Shown here piece by piece: positions 1-8,784 of a DNA stretch of 64,000 nt. The stretch spans positions 8,538-72,537 of the forward strand of contig CAZSAK010000004.1 in NCBI GenBank assembly GCA_964605155.1. Direction: 5' to 3'. Both the position numbers and the translations under genes were made by a program. This stretch comes from an uncultured Chromatiaceae bacterium (lineage in GTDB: Bacteria > Pseudomonadota > Gammaproteobacteria > SZUA-140). Position 1 is the first letter of the stretch. Each line of letters begins with the position of its first letter. Below the pieces are notes generated by a model. It had not been told where the DNA came from and made no database searches. It saw only the letters and a list, made by a program, of their open reading frames with translations.

Positions 1-366
1 GTATTGTTGGTTCGCCTGAGGAGGGCCTGTATTCTGGCCAGTAATTCGGAAAATGCGAAGGGCTTGGTCAGGTAATCATCACCGCCGATCTTGAAACCTT
101 TGACACGGTCGTCCACGCTTCTTTTTGCGCTCAATATCAATACAGGCAAGCTGATGCCATGTTTTCTCAGATCATCGATAACTGACAGGCCGTCACAACC
201 CGGCAGCATGATGTCGATTATTGCCGCGTCGAAAGGGTTACTGAGCGCCTTCTTGAGCCCGATGTCACCGTTTTCACAGTGTTCTACGCTGAAATCTTCC
301 TCCTCCATTCCTTGACGGATGAGGTGCGCAATCTTGACGTCATCTTCAATCAGCAGAATATTCACG
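1..366 (-). CDS. OmpR/PhoB-type response regulator, receiver domain (partial; gene runs off window start)
   Basis: Minus-strand translation from GTG at 366: MNILLIEDDVKIAHLIRQGMEEEDFSVEHCENGDIGLKKALSNPFDAAIIDIMLPGCDGLSVIDDLRKH..SAKRSVDDRVKGFKIGGDDYLTKPFAFSELLARIQALLRRT. Has the DD pair, phospho-Asp, and the T and K (LTKPF) of a canonical REC fold with an OmpR-type linker. The overlapping + ORF 91..315 is judged spurious. Confidence 0.8.
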
Positions 367-550
367 GTAAATTATCGCTATCGGGTATTCCTCATCAAGA
401 TCATGGGGAAGGATCTTGATACTTCGTATTTCAAACTGAATATACCTGGTTGGTTAACAGCCATGTTATCACAATGATTGTTTGCCTGGTATAAGGGAAT
501 TCGAACCGCAATACGCTGGAGGAACAGCCAAAGGAAAGGCGATCAATCGA

Positions 551-1291
551 CTATTCCTGGGTAGCCAGGCCGTGTTTGGCCAGTATGCCGCGCTTTTTGA
601 GGATATAAATCACAATAAAAGCGATAGTGGCGATGATAAACGCACACCCGATAAACACGAAATTATACATCGTATCTGCATAAGCCGGTAGTGACAGCCT
701 CTCATACACCAGGATACCGAGAATGGTGACGACAGTTGCATAGGCAGTGCTGTAATCCTTGAGCAATACCCGTGTCCAGGAAAATCTGTAGTCAGCCAGT
801 TTGTCGCGGACCCCGTTGAGCCTGAACGTCCAGCGGGGAACGTTATCGCAATAAGCCTGGTATTCGGCGCCGAATTTATTGCGCAGAAATGATTCTTCTG
901 CCGTGACAATCGCCTTGTAGGAGAGCAAGGCAACAGCAAACCCGATAAGGTAGGTCCATGGATTGTGGAATATGACCAGAAATCCAATTACCATCAATAT
1001 GTTTCCAACATAGAGCGGATTACGGCACAGGGAAAAAATACCTTCCGTAACCAGATTATCAGCGTACACCTTTTTGTTTACGCCGCCACGGCGGATATAG
1101 ACATAACCGATGACCAGAGCGCGCAGCGCCAGACCAGCCAGCATGATCACAGCACCGATGATATCGAAGATGATATCGCCTGTTACGTCACCCAGGGCCA
1201 GATGTGGCCTGAAGAAAACGATAAGCAGGATAATGATGACGGGGAAAAGGGCGTTACGATACCTAAACAGGAAGTGTCCAAGTTTTTCCAT
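551..1291 (-). CDS. Isoprenylcysteine carboxyl methyltransferase (ICMT/PEMT-like) family integral membrane methyltransferase
   Basis: 246 aa with multiple TM segments. C-terminal region NLVTEGIFSLCRNPLYVGNIL..FLRNKFGAEY resembles the ICMT/phospholipid-methyltransferase signature. Lies 18 bp downstream of cmoA on the same strand. Confidence 0.7.
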   Translation of the reverse strand: MEKLGHFLFRYRNALFPVIIILLIVFFRPHLALGDVTGDIIFDIIGAVIMLAGLALRALVIGYVYIRRGGVNKKVYADNLVTEGIFSLCRNPLYVGNILMVIGFLVIFHNPWTYLIGFAVALLSYKAIVTAEESFLRNKFGAEYQAYCDNVPRWTFRLNGVRDKLADYRFSWTRVLLKDYSTAYATVVTILGILVYERLSLPAYADTMYNFVFIGCAFIIATIAFIVIYILKKRGILAKHGLATQE

Positions 1292-1308
1292 GATTATTCT
1301 GAATTAGT

Positions 1309-2067
1309 TTACTTAAGCGCGATAATCCCGCAGAAGTTGTACCACCTGAAGAATATCTCAATATGCCGAAATCCGGCCCATTTCAACAAATCCCGGTTTT
1401 CTTCCCATTGATAGGGTATCAGGACATTTTCCAGCGCCTCACGCTTCTGTGCTATTTCAAGTTCCGAATAACCGTTACGTCGCTTCATCTCATAATAATA
1501 TTTTATAAACAGGCGATTGATCAGGCCGTCACTGGCAGTCAGTTTCTCAACCAGGATGATACAGCTGTTGGGGCGCATGCCCTCATAGATATTTTTGACA
1601 ACGCGTTCACGATAGAGCGGACGCATAAACTGCAGCATTAGTATCATGATGACAACGGATGCATTATCAACAACCTTGTCGTGATGTAAATCTGCCTGTA
1701 TAAGATCATAAGGCCGGGTAATTCCGGTATCCTGGAGTTTCAGGCGGGCTTTTTTCAGCATTTCTGCGGAATTGTCGATGCCTACGAAGCGGGTCCCCGG
1801 GTTGATGTATTTATCAAGTTCAACCAGTGTAGTGCCCGTCGAACAACCCAGATCGAAAAGATTACTGTCCTCTGTGGCAAAATCCGCTGCTATCTCGCAG
1901 GCCATCCTCTGGATCTCGTCATAGAAGGGGACCGAGCGGCTGACCATGTCATCGAAAACGGTTGCCGTGGCCTCGTCGAACTTGAAATCCATTTCCGGAC
2001 CGGAGCGATCGAAGAGCTGATCTTTCTGTTTGACCTTGTTGTCCTTGATGATCCTGTTTGTAGCCAT
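1309..2067 (-). CDS. cmoA: Carboxy-S-adenosyl-L-methionine synthase CmoA
   Basis: FDEATATVFDDMVSRSVPFYDEIQRM, DLGCSTG, RRNGYSELEIAQKREALENVL and FRWYNFCGIIALK align along the full length with E. coli CmoA. Confidence 0.85.
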   Translation of the reverse strand: MATNRIIKDNKVKQKDQLFDRSGPEMDFKFDEATATVFDDMVSRSVPFYDEIQRMACEIAADFATEDSNLFDLGCSTGTTLVELDKYINPGTRFVGIDNSAEMLKKARLKLQDTGITRPYDLIQADLHHDKVVDNASVVIMILMLQFMRPLYRERVVKNIYEGMRPNSCIILVEKLTASDGLINRLFIKYYYEMKRRNGYSELEIAQKREALENVLIPYQWEENRDLLKWAGFRHIEIFFRWYNFCGIIALK

Positions 2068-2216
2068 TTCTTGCAGCTTATCCGGCTTGATTACAGAGTG
2101 TGAATAAGACTTTAGCGGCCTTCATGTCAGTCAAATCTGGAAATTTTTGCCCTAGGATCATAATATTAATTTATAGTATAGATTATTACCGATTGATCAT
2201 CCAGAGGACGGGTATA

Positions 2217-2231
2217 TTCTATAATATAGAA
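2217..2231. promoter_or_regulatory. Perfect 15-bp palindrome TTCTATAATATAGAA in the divergent cmoA / hap-family intergenic region (candidate operator overlapping a TATAAT)
   Basis: Read directly from the sequence: TTCTATA-A-TATAGAA. It is about 150 bp from each flanking start codon. Confidence 0.3.
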
Positions 2232-2379
2232 CAAGTTGACGTCCTCACCGGTGTTCTAGTACCTTCCAGTCCCTTGTGCAGAAAAAAACGCTTTAAATAT
2301 TAAGTATAACGGCAAGCTGCAAGGTATGGATGATAAATCGGTGCTGGTGTCGGGATCAATTAAGCGATGAGGTTGAAGA

Positions 2380-2877
2380 ATGGATGAATATTGTGTGGTT
2401 GTAACAGATGGTACCCGAGCGAGGTTTTTTACCCTTGAGGCTGCGGATCTTCCCGGGGTGGAATCGGGCCCGAATCTCGTTGAGAGGGAGGATCTGATCA
2501 ATACTGAAGCCGAGATGCCGGGCCGCGAACTCTGGACGGACCCCAAATCAGGCCGCAATACGACCTCTTCGAGCGGCATGACACATGGTTATGATGATCA
2601 TCGTGATAAACACGATGATGAAATCGTACGACGTTTTGCTGCACAGGTAACCGGTGAGGCCATGCGACTGGTTCAACAGCATCACGCAAGACAGCTGGTG
2701 CTGGTATCCGCCAAGCGTATGCTGGGTTTTTTGCGGGATTCGCTGGTCATACCACCCAAGGCCAATTTAACAGTGCATGAATTGGCAAAAGACCTGACGC
2801 ACCTGAGTCTGCGGGATTTGCACGCTCACCTTGACAATGCCGGTCTGTTGCCAAAACGCAGGCAGGCATCCCTCTAG
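2380..2877 (+). CDS. Host-attachment protein (Hap, COG5622-like) family protein
   Basis: 165 aa; N-terminal VVVTDGTRARFF motif and overall size fit the Hap family. Weak recognition only. Confidence 0.45.
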   Translation: MDEYCVVVTDGTRARFFTLEAADLPGVESGPNLVEREDLINTEAEMPGRELWTDPKSGRNTTSSSGMTHGYDDHRDKHDDEIVRRFAAQVTGEAMRLVQQHHARQLVLVSAKRMLGFLRDSLVIPPKANLTVHELAKDLTHLSLRDLHAHLDNAGLLPKRRQASL

Positions 2878-2906
2878 ATTGACAGGATCCGCTATATCTC
2901 CAATGT

Positions 2907-2980
2907 TGGAGCGGGTGATGGGAATCGAACCCACGTTATCAGCTTGGGAAGCTGAAGTTCTACCATTGAACTACACCCGC
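2907..2980 (-). tRNA. tRNA-Gly (anticodon CCC)
   Basis: Minus strand reads GCGGGTGTAGTTCAATGGTAGAACTTCAGCTTCCCAAGCTGATAACGTGGGTTCGATTCCCATCACCCGCTCCA. Cloverleaf with a TTCCCAA anticodon loop, T-loop GGTTCGATTCC, and a CCA end. Near-identical to E. coli tRNA-Gly(CCC). Confidence 0.9.
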
Positions 2981-3185
2981 AGATCCAGTGGATCACCGCT
3001 GCCAATATATTACCCGTCAAGATATTACTCAATAGTACAATAGCCCACCATAGTAACGATCTATTCTGTACGGCGCCTTATCAGCTTTCGTCATAAATAT
3101 TTCATCGCCCGATCATATTTAATTCATAAAGGGCATGTAGATTTCTATGCGTTGTAAATCCACAATTTTGCAGGAGGTGTACACC

Positions 3186-3386
3186 GTGAATTTCTACATC
3201 AAAACCTGGCCCGATGATACCGCTACCCTGATGACCGACAACGGACAGGTGCTATGGTCTTTCCATTGCCTTAACGATGCCGTTGCCGCCTGCCGCGAAT
3301 GGTACGCCATGAATGAAGACAAGATCGGCCATGGCGATTGTATTAAGGAAGGTGAAGTTTATTCCTTTTTAGACACATATAATTAG
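3186..3386 (+). CDS. Small hypothetical protein (66 aa, GTG start)
   Basis: AGGAGG lies 8 nt upstream of GTG. Product VNFYIKTWPDDTATLMTDNGQVLWSFHCLNDAVAACREWYAMNEDKIGHGDC... No family recognised. Confidence 0.35.
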   Translation: MNFYIKTWPDDTATLMTDNGQVLWSFHCLNDAVAACREWYAMNEDKIGHGDCIKEGEVYSFLDTYN

Positions 3387-3610
3387 TTGTGATTTCTGCA
3401 GCAATTTGTTAATACTTGTTGACGAATTGCGGCGTGATACTACGCTACGTTAGCTCTTTACCCACCGTGCTTCACTGACCTGGATTCAGAGATTCCAGGC
3501 ATCAAGCCACTGCTTATGATGTAAACATGGCAGCATATACATCATGTCCGTTTGCTATAGTCACTAAGTGTAGTTAATCTGATAGCATCCCAATGTTAGA
3601 ATAGCGAGTC

Positions 3611-4522
3611 ATGCAACAGATTATTAATTATTTCACCCAGTTGAACTGGGAAGATCTCATCCTGACCGGGCTGCGCATACTGGTGATACTCGTTATCGTC
3701 TGGATTGCACTGGCGATATTGAAGGGTTTGCTTAATCGTATGCAAAAGACCCTGATCCACCGCGCCCAGGCGGAAGGCGAGGGCTCGATCGAATCGACCA
3801 AGCGTGTCGAAACGCTGACGCGTCTGTTGAGACAGGCGATCGTAATCGTCGTCTGGGTGGTGGCAGCCCTGATTATACTCAGAGAGCTGGGTATCGATAT
3901 CGCCCCCATCCTTGCCAGCGCCGGTATCGTAGGGCTTGCCGTCGGTTTCGGTGCACAGAACCTGGTTCGTGATGTGATATCGGGATTTTTTATCATCCTT
4001 GAAAATCAGGCACGCGTCGGTGATGTGGCGATCATCAACGGAACCGGTGGACTGGTCGAGAAGGTCAATTTTCGCACCATCGTGCTGCGGGATCTGTCAG
4101 GTATCGTACATGTCTTCCCGAACGGGACGATCAGTACATTGTCGAACATGACACGCGAGTGGTCGGCGTTCGTGCTGGATATAGGCGTCGCCTACAAGGA
4201 AGATACCGACAAGGTCATCGAGCTCATGAAAAAGGTCGGATCCGAAATGCGCAGTGATGAATATTTTGGTCCGCTGATGGTTGAAGACCTCGAGATTTTC
4301 GGGGTCGACAAGTTCGCTGATTCTGCGGTGATGATCAAGGGACGCCTCAAGACCAAGCCGATCAAACAATGGGAAGTGGGCCGCGAGTACCTGCGCCGCA
4401 TCAAGAAGGCCTTTGACGAGGCAGGTATCGAGATCCCGTTCCCGCATCGCTCGATATATTTCGGTGAAGCAAGTAAACCCTTTCTTGCAAAGATGATGGA
4501 TGCCTCGAAGCAATCAGGCTGA
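3611..4522 (+). CDS. Mechanosensitive ion channel (MscS family)
   Basis: 303 aa. N-terminal TM helices followed by the conserved MscS beta-domain (GAQNLVRDVISGFFIILENQARVGDVAIINGTGGLVEKVNFRTIVLRD). Confidence 0.85.
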   Translation: MQQIINYFTQLNWEDLILTGLRILVILVIVWIALAILKGLLNRMQKTLIHRAQAEGEGSIESTKRVETLTRLLRQAIVIVVWVVAALIILRELGIDIAPILASAGIVGLAVGFGAQNLVRDVISGFFIILENQARVGDVAIINGTGGLVEKVNFRTIVLRDLSGIVHVFPNGTISTLSNMTREWSAFVLDIGVAYKEDTDKVIELMKKVGSEMRSDEYFGPLMVEDLEIFGVDKFADSAVMIKGRLKTKPIKQWEVGREYLRRIKKAFDEAGIEIPFPHRSIYFGEASKPFLAKMMDASKQSG

Positions 4523-5284
4523 TTGCCTGCCGCCGGCTCCAATCCTTGCGACCAGCACGATAATCAATGTGATGTAGAAGGGCAGGATGATTGCATAAAG
4601 CAGGATATCGAGAATAGATTCCGCGATCAAAGAAGTGGTCAGGGATCTCAGTATCAGGTTTATGCCGAACAGTATACCCCCGGTCATGAACAATGGTGTT
4701 GTTGTGTGTACCAATATATCGTTGCCACGCGTCAACGACCAGGCACGTGTCAACGTGGAAACCTTTCCCGTCACAGATTCCCAGTGTGTGTCATTTGAAT
4801 AGAGAAACGGTATGCCAATCATTGGCCAGACACGCGTCAACATTAATATGAACAGCACGGCATACATGGGTAACATATCCGCGATAAACCCACCTGTATT
4901 GATTTCGCCGAAAAATGACAACACGATGGTGAGTAAAAGACAGCCTATCAGGTACAGGGAGTAGAGCCAGCAATAGTCCAGTACGGATGAAAAGTGCGTA
5001 AAGTAGAGCCGCATTACACCTTGTTGACAGTGTGCAACGGCCTTGGTTGCGGCAGCCGCATAACAGACAAGCCCGGTCGGTAATAATAACAACAAACCTA
5101 TGGATGAATGATAATCGAGGGCGGGGTTAATGATCTCAACAGCAAACCACATCCAGGCGATGGCGGGAAGAAAATATCGGTAGCCGCAAGAGACTTGTGA
5201 TACGGCCCGCTGCACGGCGGCGTGGAATCCTGATCGCCGAATTTTCCAGGCCTGAGTCCTGTTTAACGTTTCTTGTTGTTTCAT
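4514..5284 (-). CDS. Hypothetical polytopic membrane protein (possibly Yip1-like)
   Basis: 256 aa with 5-6 hydrophobic segments. Convergent with mscS, with an 8-nt overlap. No confident family. Confidence 0.5.
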   Translation of the reverse strand: MKQQETLNRTQAWKIRRSGFHAAVQRAVSQVSCGYRYFLPAIAWMWFAVEIINPALDYHSSIGLLLLLPTGLVCYAAAATKAVAHCQQGVMRLYFTHFSSVLDYCWLYSLYLIGCLLLTIVLSFFGEINTGGFIADMLPMYAVLFILMLTRVWPMIGIPFLYSNDTHWESVTGKVSTLTRAWSLTRGNDILVHTTTPLFMTGGILFGINLILRSLTTSLIAESILDILLYAIILPFYITLIIVLVARIGAGGRQSA

Positions 5285-5415
5285 GCTATTTGACGGTTAT
5301 ACGCCGAACCAAGAGGATGTTTCAGGTGTAAAAGTGATAGCGGCCCTGTACTGCCATCCTTTAATATAGTTGATCACATTATGTGGGATGCGAATTGATA
5401 CTATAGCGTACGACA

Positions 5416-6036
5416 ATGGAACTGCTGCTTCATACCTTCGTTACCTTGTTCGTAGTTCTCGATCCCATCGGACTGGCGCCGATGTTCGTAGCCCTGGTCC
5501 GCAGCAGTGATACTGGATATCAACGCAGGATGGCCATCCGCAGCACTGTGATTGCATCAAGTATTTTGCTGGTGTTCTTTTTTGTCGGTGATGCATTGTT
5601 GAAGATATTGGGCATCGGCATGCCGGCATTTCGCATGGCCGGTGGCGCCTTGCTGTTCCTGCTGTCTATCGACATGGTGTTCGCCCGTCAATCGGGGTTA
5701 CGTTCCACAACTGTACGCGAACAACAGGAGGCGGAACTCAAGCGCGATATCTCTGTATTCCCGCTTGCCTTTCCCTTGATTGCCGGGCCCGGAGCCCTGA
5801 CAACGGTATTACTCATGTCTTCGACGGAGACGAGCCCGGCCGTCGTCGGCGGGATGTTGGCAATTCTGTTGTTTGTATTGAGTATATTGCTAGTCTCCTT
5901 GTTATATGCCTTGAAGATCACGCGGCTTTTGGGAGAAACCGGTACCAACGTTATCAGTCGTCTGTTTGGCCTGATCTTGGCGGCCCTTGCAGCGCAATAT
6001 ATCGTTGACGGCATCAGGGCCGCGTTTTTATCATGA
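5416..6036 (+). CDS. MarC family (UPF0056) integral membrane protein
   Basis: 206 aa. N-terminal LFVVLDPIGLAPMFVAL motif and 6-TM topology are typical of MarC/YhgN. Confidence 0.8.
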   Translation: MELLLHTFVTLFVVLDPIGLAPMFVALVRSSDTGYQRRMAIRSTVIASSILLVFFFVGDALLKILGIGMPAFRMAGGALLFLLSIDMVFARQSGLRSTTVREQQEAELKRDISVFPLAFPLIAGPGALTTVLLMSSTETSPAVVGGMLAILLFVLSILLVSLLYALKITRLLGETGTNVISRLFGLILAALAAQYIVDGIRAAFLS

Positions 6037-6225
6037 CAGAGAGTGAGTCGCTCTACAGGCATTATTCCTGAATTCCGCCTGACATCATTCATACAGAGAA
6101 GGGATCAATGTATATATATCAATACAGGGTAATTTGGATATCAAGGAAATAGTGAGCCTGTTTATCTTTGCAAGTATCGAATTGGTCAAGGAAGCCGCGA
6201 CTCTTTTATAATAGAATACCTATAT

Positions 6226-6744
6226 ATGAAAACATTTCACTACATGTTGTTGATTCTGGTGTTTGCCTCAGGTTTGTTATTCGGTGTGCAAGCCCCGGGT
6301 TTCGTCGATCAGTACGAAAAGAGGGTTAATGCACATTACCTGGAGGTCAATGAAAACTTCAAAGGCTTTCAGGATATTGCCAACCGCTTTCATGGTGGCA
6401 ACATCGAGTCACTGATCAAAAAACACGAGGGTAGTGGTGACTCGACGTTCAATGCCGAAGCGGAACCGTTGAGAAGAATATTTGAGAGAAAGATCCGTTT
6501 TGAAAGGGAGTTGCAGGCCATGCAGACATCACTTGTCGGCAAGGTCAAACATATCGCCATAGCCGGTGACAGGGAAACTGTTCAAGAGACCTGGAACAAT
6601 TATTCGGTCAATTTTCCCCTTAATACACCCGCTATTCTGTTCGGACTAACGGTTGCCTTGATTTCCACTATTGCATTCCAAATGCTTATTGTGCTTTTCA
6701 GAAAGCTCTTAACACTGGGCCGGCAGGTAAAGCAACCTGCCTGA
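6226..6744 (+). CDS. DUF2937-like membrane-anchored protein
   Basis: 172 aa. N-terminal TM or signal segment, QYEKRVNAHYLEVNENFKGFQDIANRFHGG core, and a C-terminal TM segment. Assignment is tentative. Confidence 0.5.
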   Translation: MKTFHYMLLILVFASGLLFGVQAPGFVDQYEKRVNAHYLEVNENFKGFQDIANRFHGGNIESLIKKHEGSGDSTFNAEAEPLRRIFERKIRFERELQAMQTSLVGKVKHIAIAGDRETVQETWNNYSVNFPLNTPAILFGLTVALISTIAFQMLIVLFRKLLTLGRQVKQPA

Positions 6745-6824
6745 TCAGTGTGTATATATTTATTTATATTAACAATATGAATAGTTTTATGGTAATCCTA
6801 CGTGCATTTCACATCCACAGAAGA

Positions 6825-7394
6825 TCAATCACGTTTATTTGTGATGTAACGAATACCCCATATCAGTGCCCCACCTGAGATTAAAACAATAAATACGATC
6901 AATTCATACTGTTTGATGTTGCCAATCGTGGACTCGAGCGCATGGCCAAATAGATAACCCAGATAACCTATGACAGTTGCCCAAAGAATTGCACCAATGA
7001 CATTGAATACCAGATAGAAGACGGGCAAAACGCCGCTAACCCCTATCATGATCGGGGTTATGGTCCGCATCCCGTACATGAATCTAAAACCGATAATCAA
7101 TGTGATTTTATGTTTTCTCAGCAAGGAGAATACACGCGCCGATCTGCGTTTCCAGTGTGGTTTATTGTCAAGTATGCTCTGGCCCTTGAAGCGCCCGATA
7201 TAGAAATAGAGTTGGTCACCCAGCATGGTGCCAATGAATCCCGATAGTATTACCCATGGAAGTTCAAGATAGCCCTGATGTGCGGCCAATCCACCCAGAA
7301 TCAGGATAGTCTCGCCCTCGAAGAAGGTGCCTATGAGGATTGCAGCATAGCCGTAGGTAGTGATGAGTTCTGCAATTGTCACGCTTGTGTTCAA
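6825..7394 (-). CDS. DedA family (SNARE-associated/TVP38) membrane protein
   Basis: 189 aa. YGYAAILIGTFFEGETILILGGLAA and GRF.G motifs are typical of DedA. Confidence 0.8.
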   Translation of the reverse strand: MNTSVTIAELITTYGYAAILIGTFFEGETILILGGLAAHQGYLELPWVILSGFIGTMLGDQLYFYIGRFKGQSILDNKPHWKRRSARVFSLLRKHKITLIIGFRFMYGMRTITPIMIGVSGVLPVFYLVFNVIGAILWATVIGYLGYLFGHALESTIGNIKQYELIVFIVLISGGALIWGIRYITNKRD

Positions 7395-7575
7395 GTCTTG
7401 ATGGTTAGTCGGAGATTCCCATATCCAGGTTCGGGAATTGATTCAGATCCAAAAAGCATACTCCGATAGCTCCGTCCCGAACAGGAGAAGACGGGCAATA
7501 TATCGCCAATCCTGATGAGGCGGTCAGTGACCAGGCGCTTTACATTTATCTACATAATCAAAAATATAATTCAGA

Positions 7576-8487
7576 TCATTCCTGCCGGATTTTGGTTACC
7601 GTCACCATTGCAGATATTTTACGCGAAACCAGATTACCCCATTCGTAAAACAGGAGTCCGGACAGGATCAGTGCCGTGCCGATGATCACACTGCTGTGTA
7701 TGGTCTCGTGATTCAACCACAAACCAAGCATGAGTGCGAGCACAGGAGTTACGAACGTGACCAGAGCCATACGACCGGCTTCAATATGCTTCAGTGCATA
7801 GTAGTACAGCATGAAGCCCAGTGCTGAGCCGAATATGCCAAGATAGATGATCGAGGCCAGTGTATGGGTGGGTAATTGTGCGGGCCATCGGCCATCAAAA
7901 ATAAACCAGCTGACTGTGTAAAAAGGTATGGCAAATAACAATGCGCCAGTAGTGGTTGCCAGTGCAGGTATCCTGGCATTGATGCGCTTGACCCAGACCG
8001 CACTCAGCGAGTGAATAACGACAGATACCAGAATAGCCATGATGCCGAAAACAGAATCTGGACCAAGTTCTATTCCCGTACCAAAGATAAAAATCAATCC
8101 AATGCTCCCTGCGAGCATGCCGGTGATCTTTGCGGGTGTAAAGCTGGATTCAGCAATCAACACGGCCGCAAAGGCGCCGGTAACAATCGGTGTCAGACCA
8201 AATATTACAGAGACCATACCTGAGGGAATATACTGTGCGCCCCAGTAAACGCATGTCATAGCTCCGAACACGCCTGCACCCGCCGCGGTATAGGTCAGCA
8301 GTGCTTGCTTGTGCCAGGGCATTTTGACACGCAGCAGCAGCATGAGAGACATACAGATAGCGGCACCTATGACCATACGTGAGGTCACGCCAAACAGGAA
8401 CCCGGCTCCCTCACTGCTCCATTTGATGGCCAGGGGGGTGGTTGACCAGATTATGATGACGCCCAGATAGGCTGCTGGTACGGACAC
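7576..8487 (-). CDS. DMT superfamily transporter (EamA family)
   Basis: 303 aa, 10 TM segments with two EamA-like repeats. Confidence 0.8.
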   Translation of the reverse strand: MSVPAAYLGVIIIWSTTPLAIKWSSEGAGFLFGVTSRMVIGAAICMSLMLLLRVKMPWHKQALLTYTAAGAGVFGAMTCVYWGAQYIPSGMVSVIFGLTPIVTGAFAAVLIAESSFTPAKITGMLAGSIGLIFIFGTGIELGPDSVFGIMAILVSVVIHSLSAVWVKRINARIPALATTTGALLFAIPFYTVSWFIFDGRWPAQLPTHTLASIIYLGIFGSALGFMLYYYALKHIEAGRMALVTFVTPVLALMLGLWLNHETIHSSVIIGTALILSGLLFYEWGNLVSRKISAMVTVTKIRQE

Positions 8488-8565
8488 TTTGTATTACCTT
8501 TTTGTTCGAATCCCCGCTGAAGGTCGTGAAGATGGCGGAGATGATGTTTAATCAAACATAAAAAA

Positions 8566-8597
8566 AGCCGCAGATTCACTGGATCTGCGGCTTTTCA
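8566..8597. terminator. Orphan rho-independent terminator-like hairpin (bidirectional: A7-stem-T4 on +, T7 on -)
   Basis: AAAAAAAGCCGCAGATtcactggATCTGCGGCTTTT: a 10-bp GC-rich stem with a 7-nt loop. It lies between the divergently transcribed eamA and srkA genes. Confidence 0.5.
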
Positions 8598-8784
8598 ATA
8601 TCGTTAGTATTTATGGGAGGTACTAACTCAATCAGATCCAGACGGGCACGCAGATCCGTTCACCCTGGGTACGACAACCCACAGGAGACATGACATCAGA
8701 TTTGCTCGTTTGCCCGTTGCGATCTTCATGACTATGATGATGTCCCGTGTTGAGGTGAATGTCAAGGCACTCCATAATTCTAAT

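Noticed and set aside
91-315. + strand 74-aa ORF at the window start
   Set aside because: The opposite strand encodes a textbook OmpR-type receiver domain with all conserved residues. The + ORF is a shadow frame.
2907-2980. tRNA-Gly as a possible genomic-island integration site
   Set aside because: No integrase, excisionase, direct repeat of the tRNA 3' end, or compositional shift is evident on either side.
2831-3043. + strand 70-aa ORF overlapping the tRNA-Gly gene
   Set aside because: It lies on the antisense strand of a canonical tRNA, and its translation reads through tRNA sequence. Spurious.
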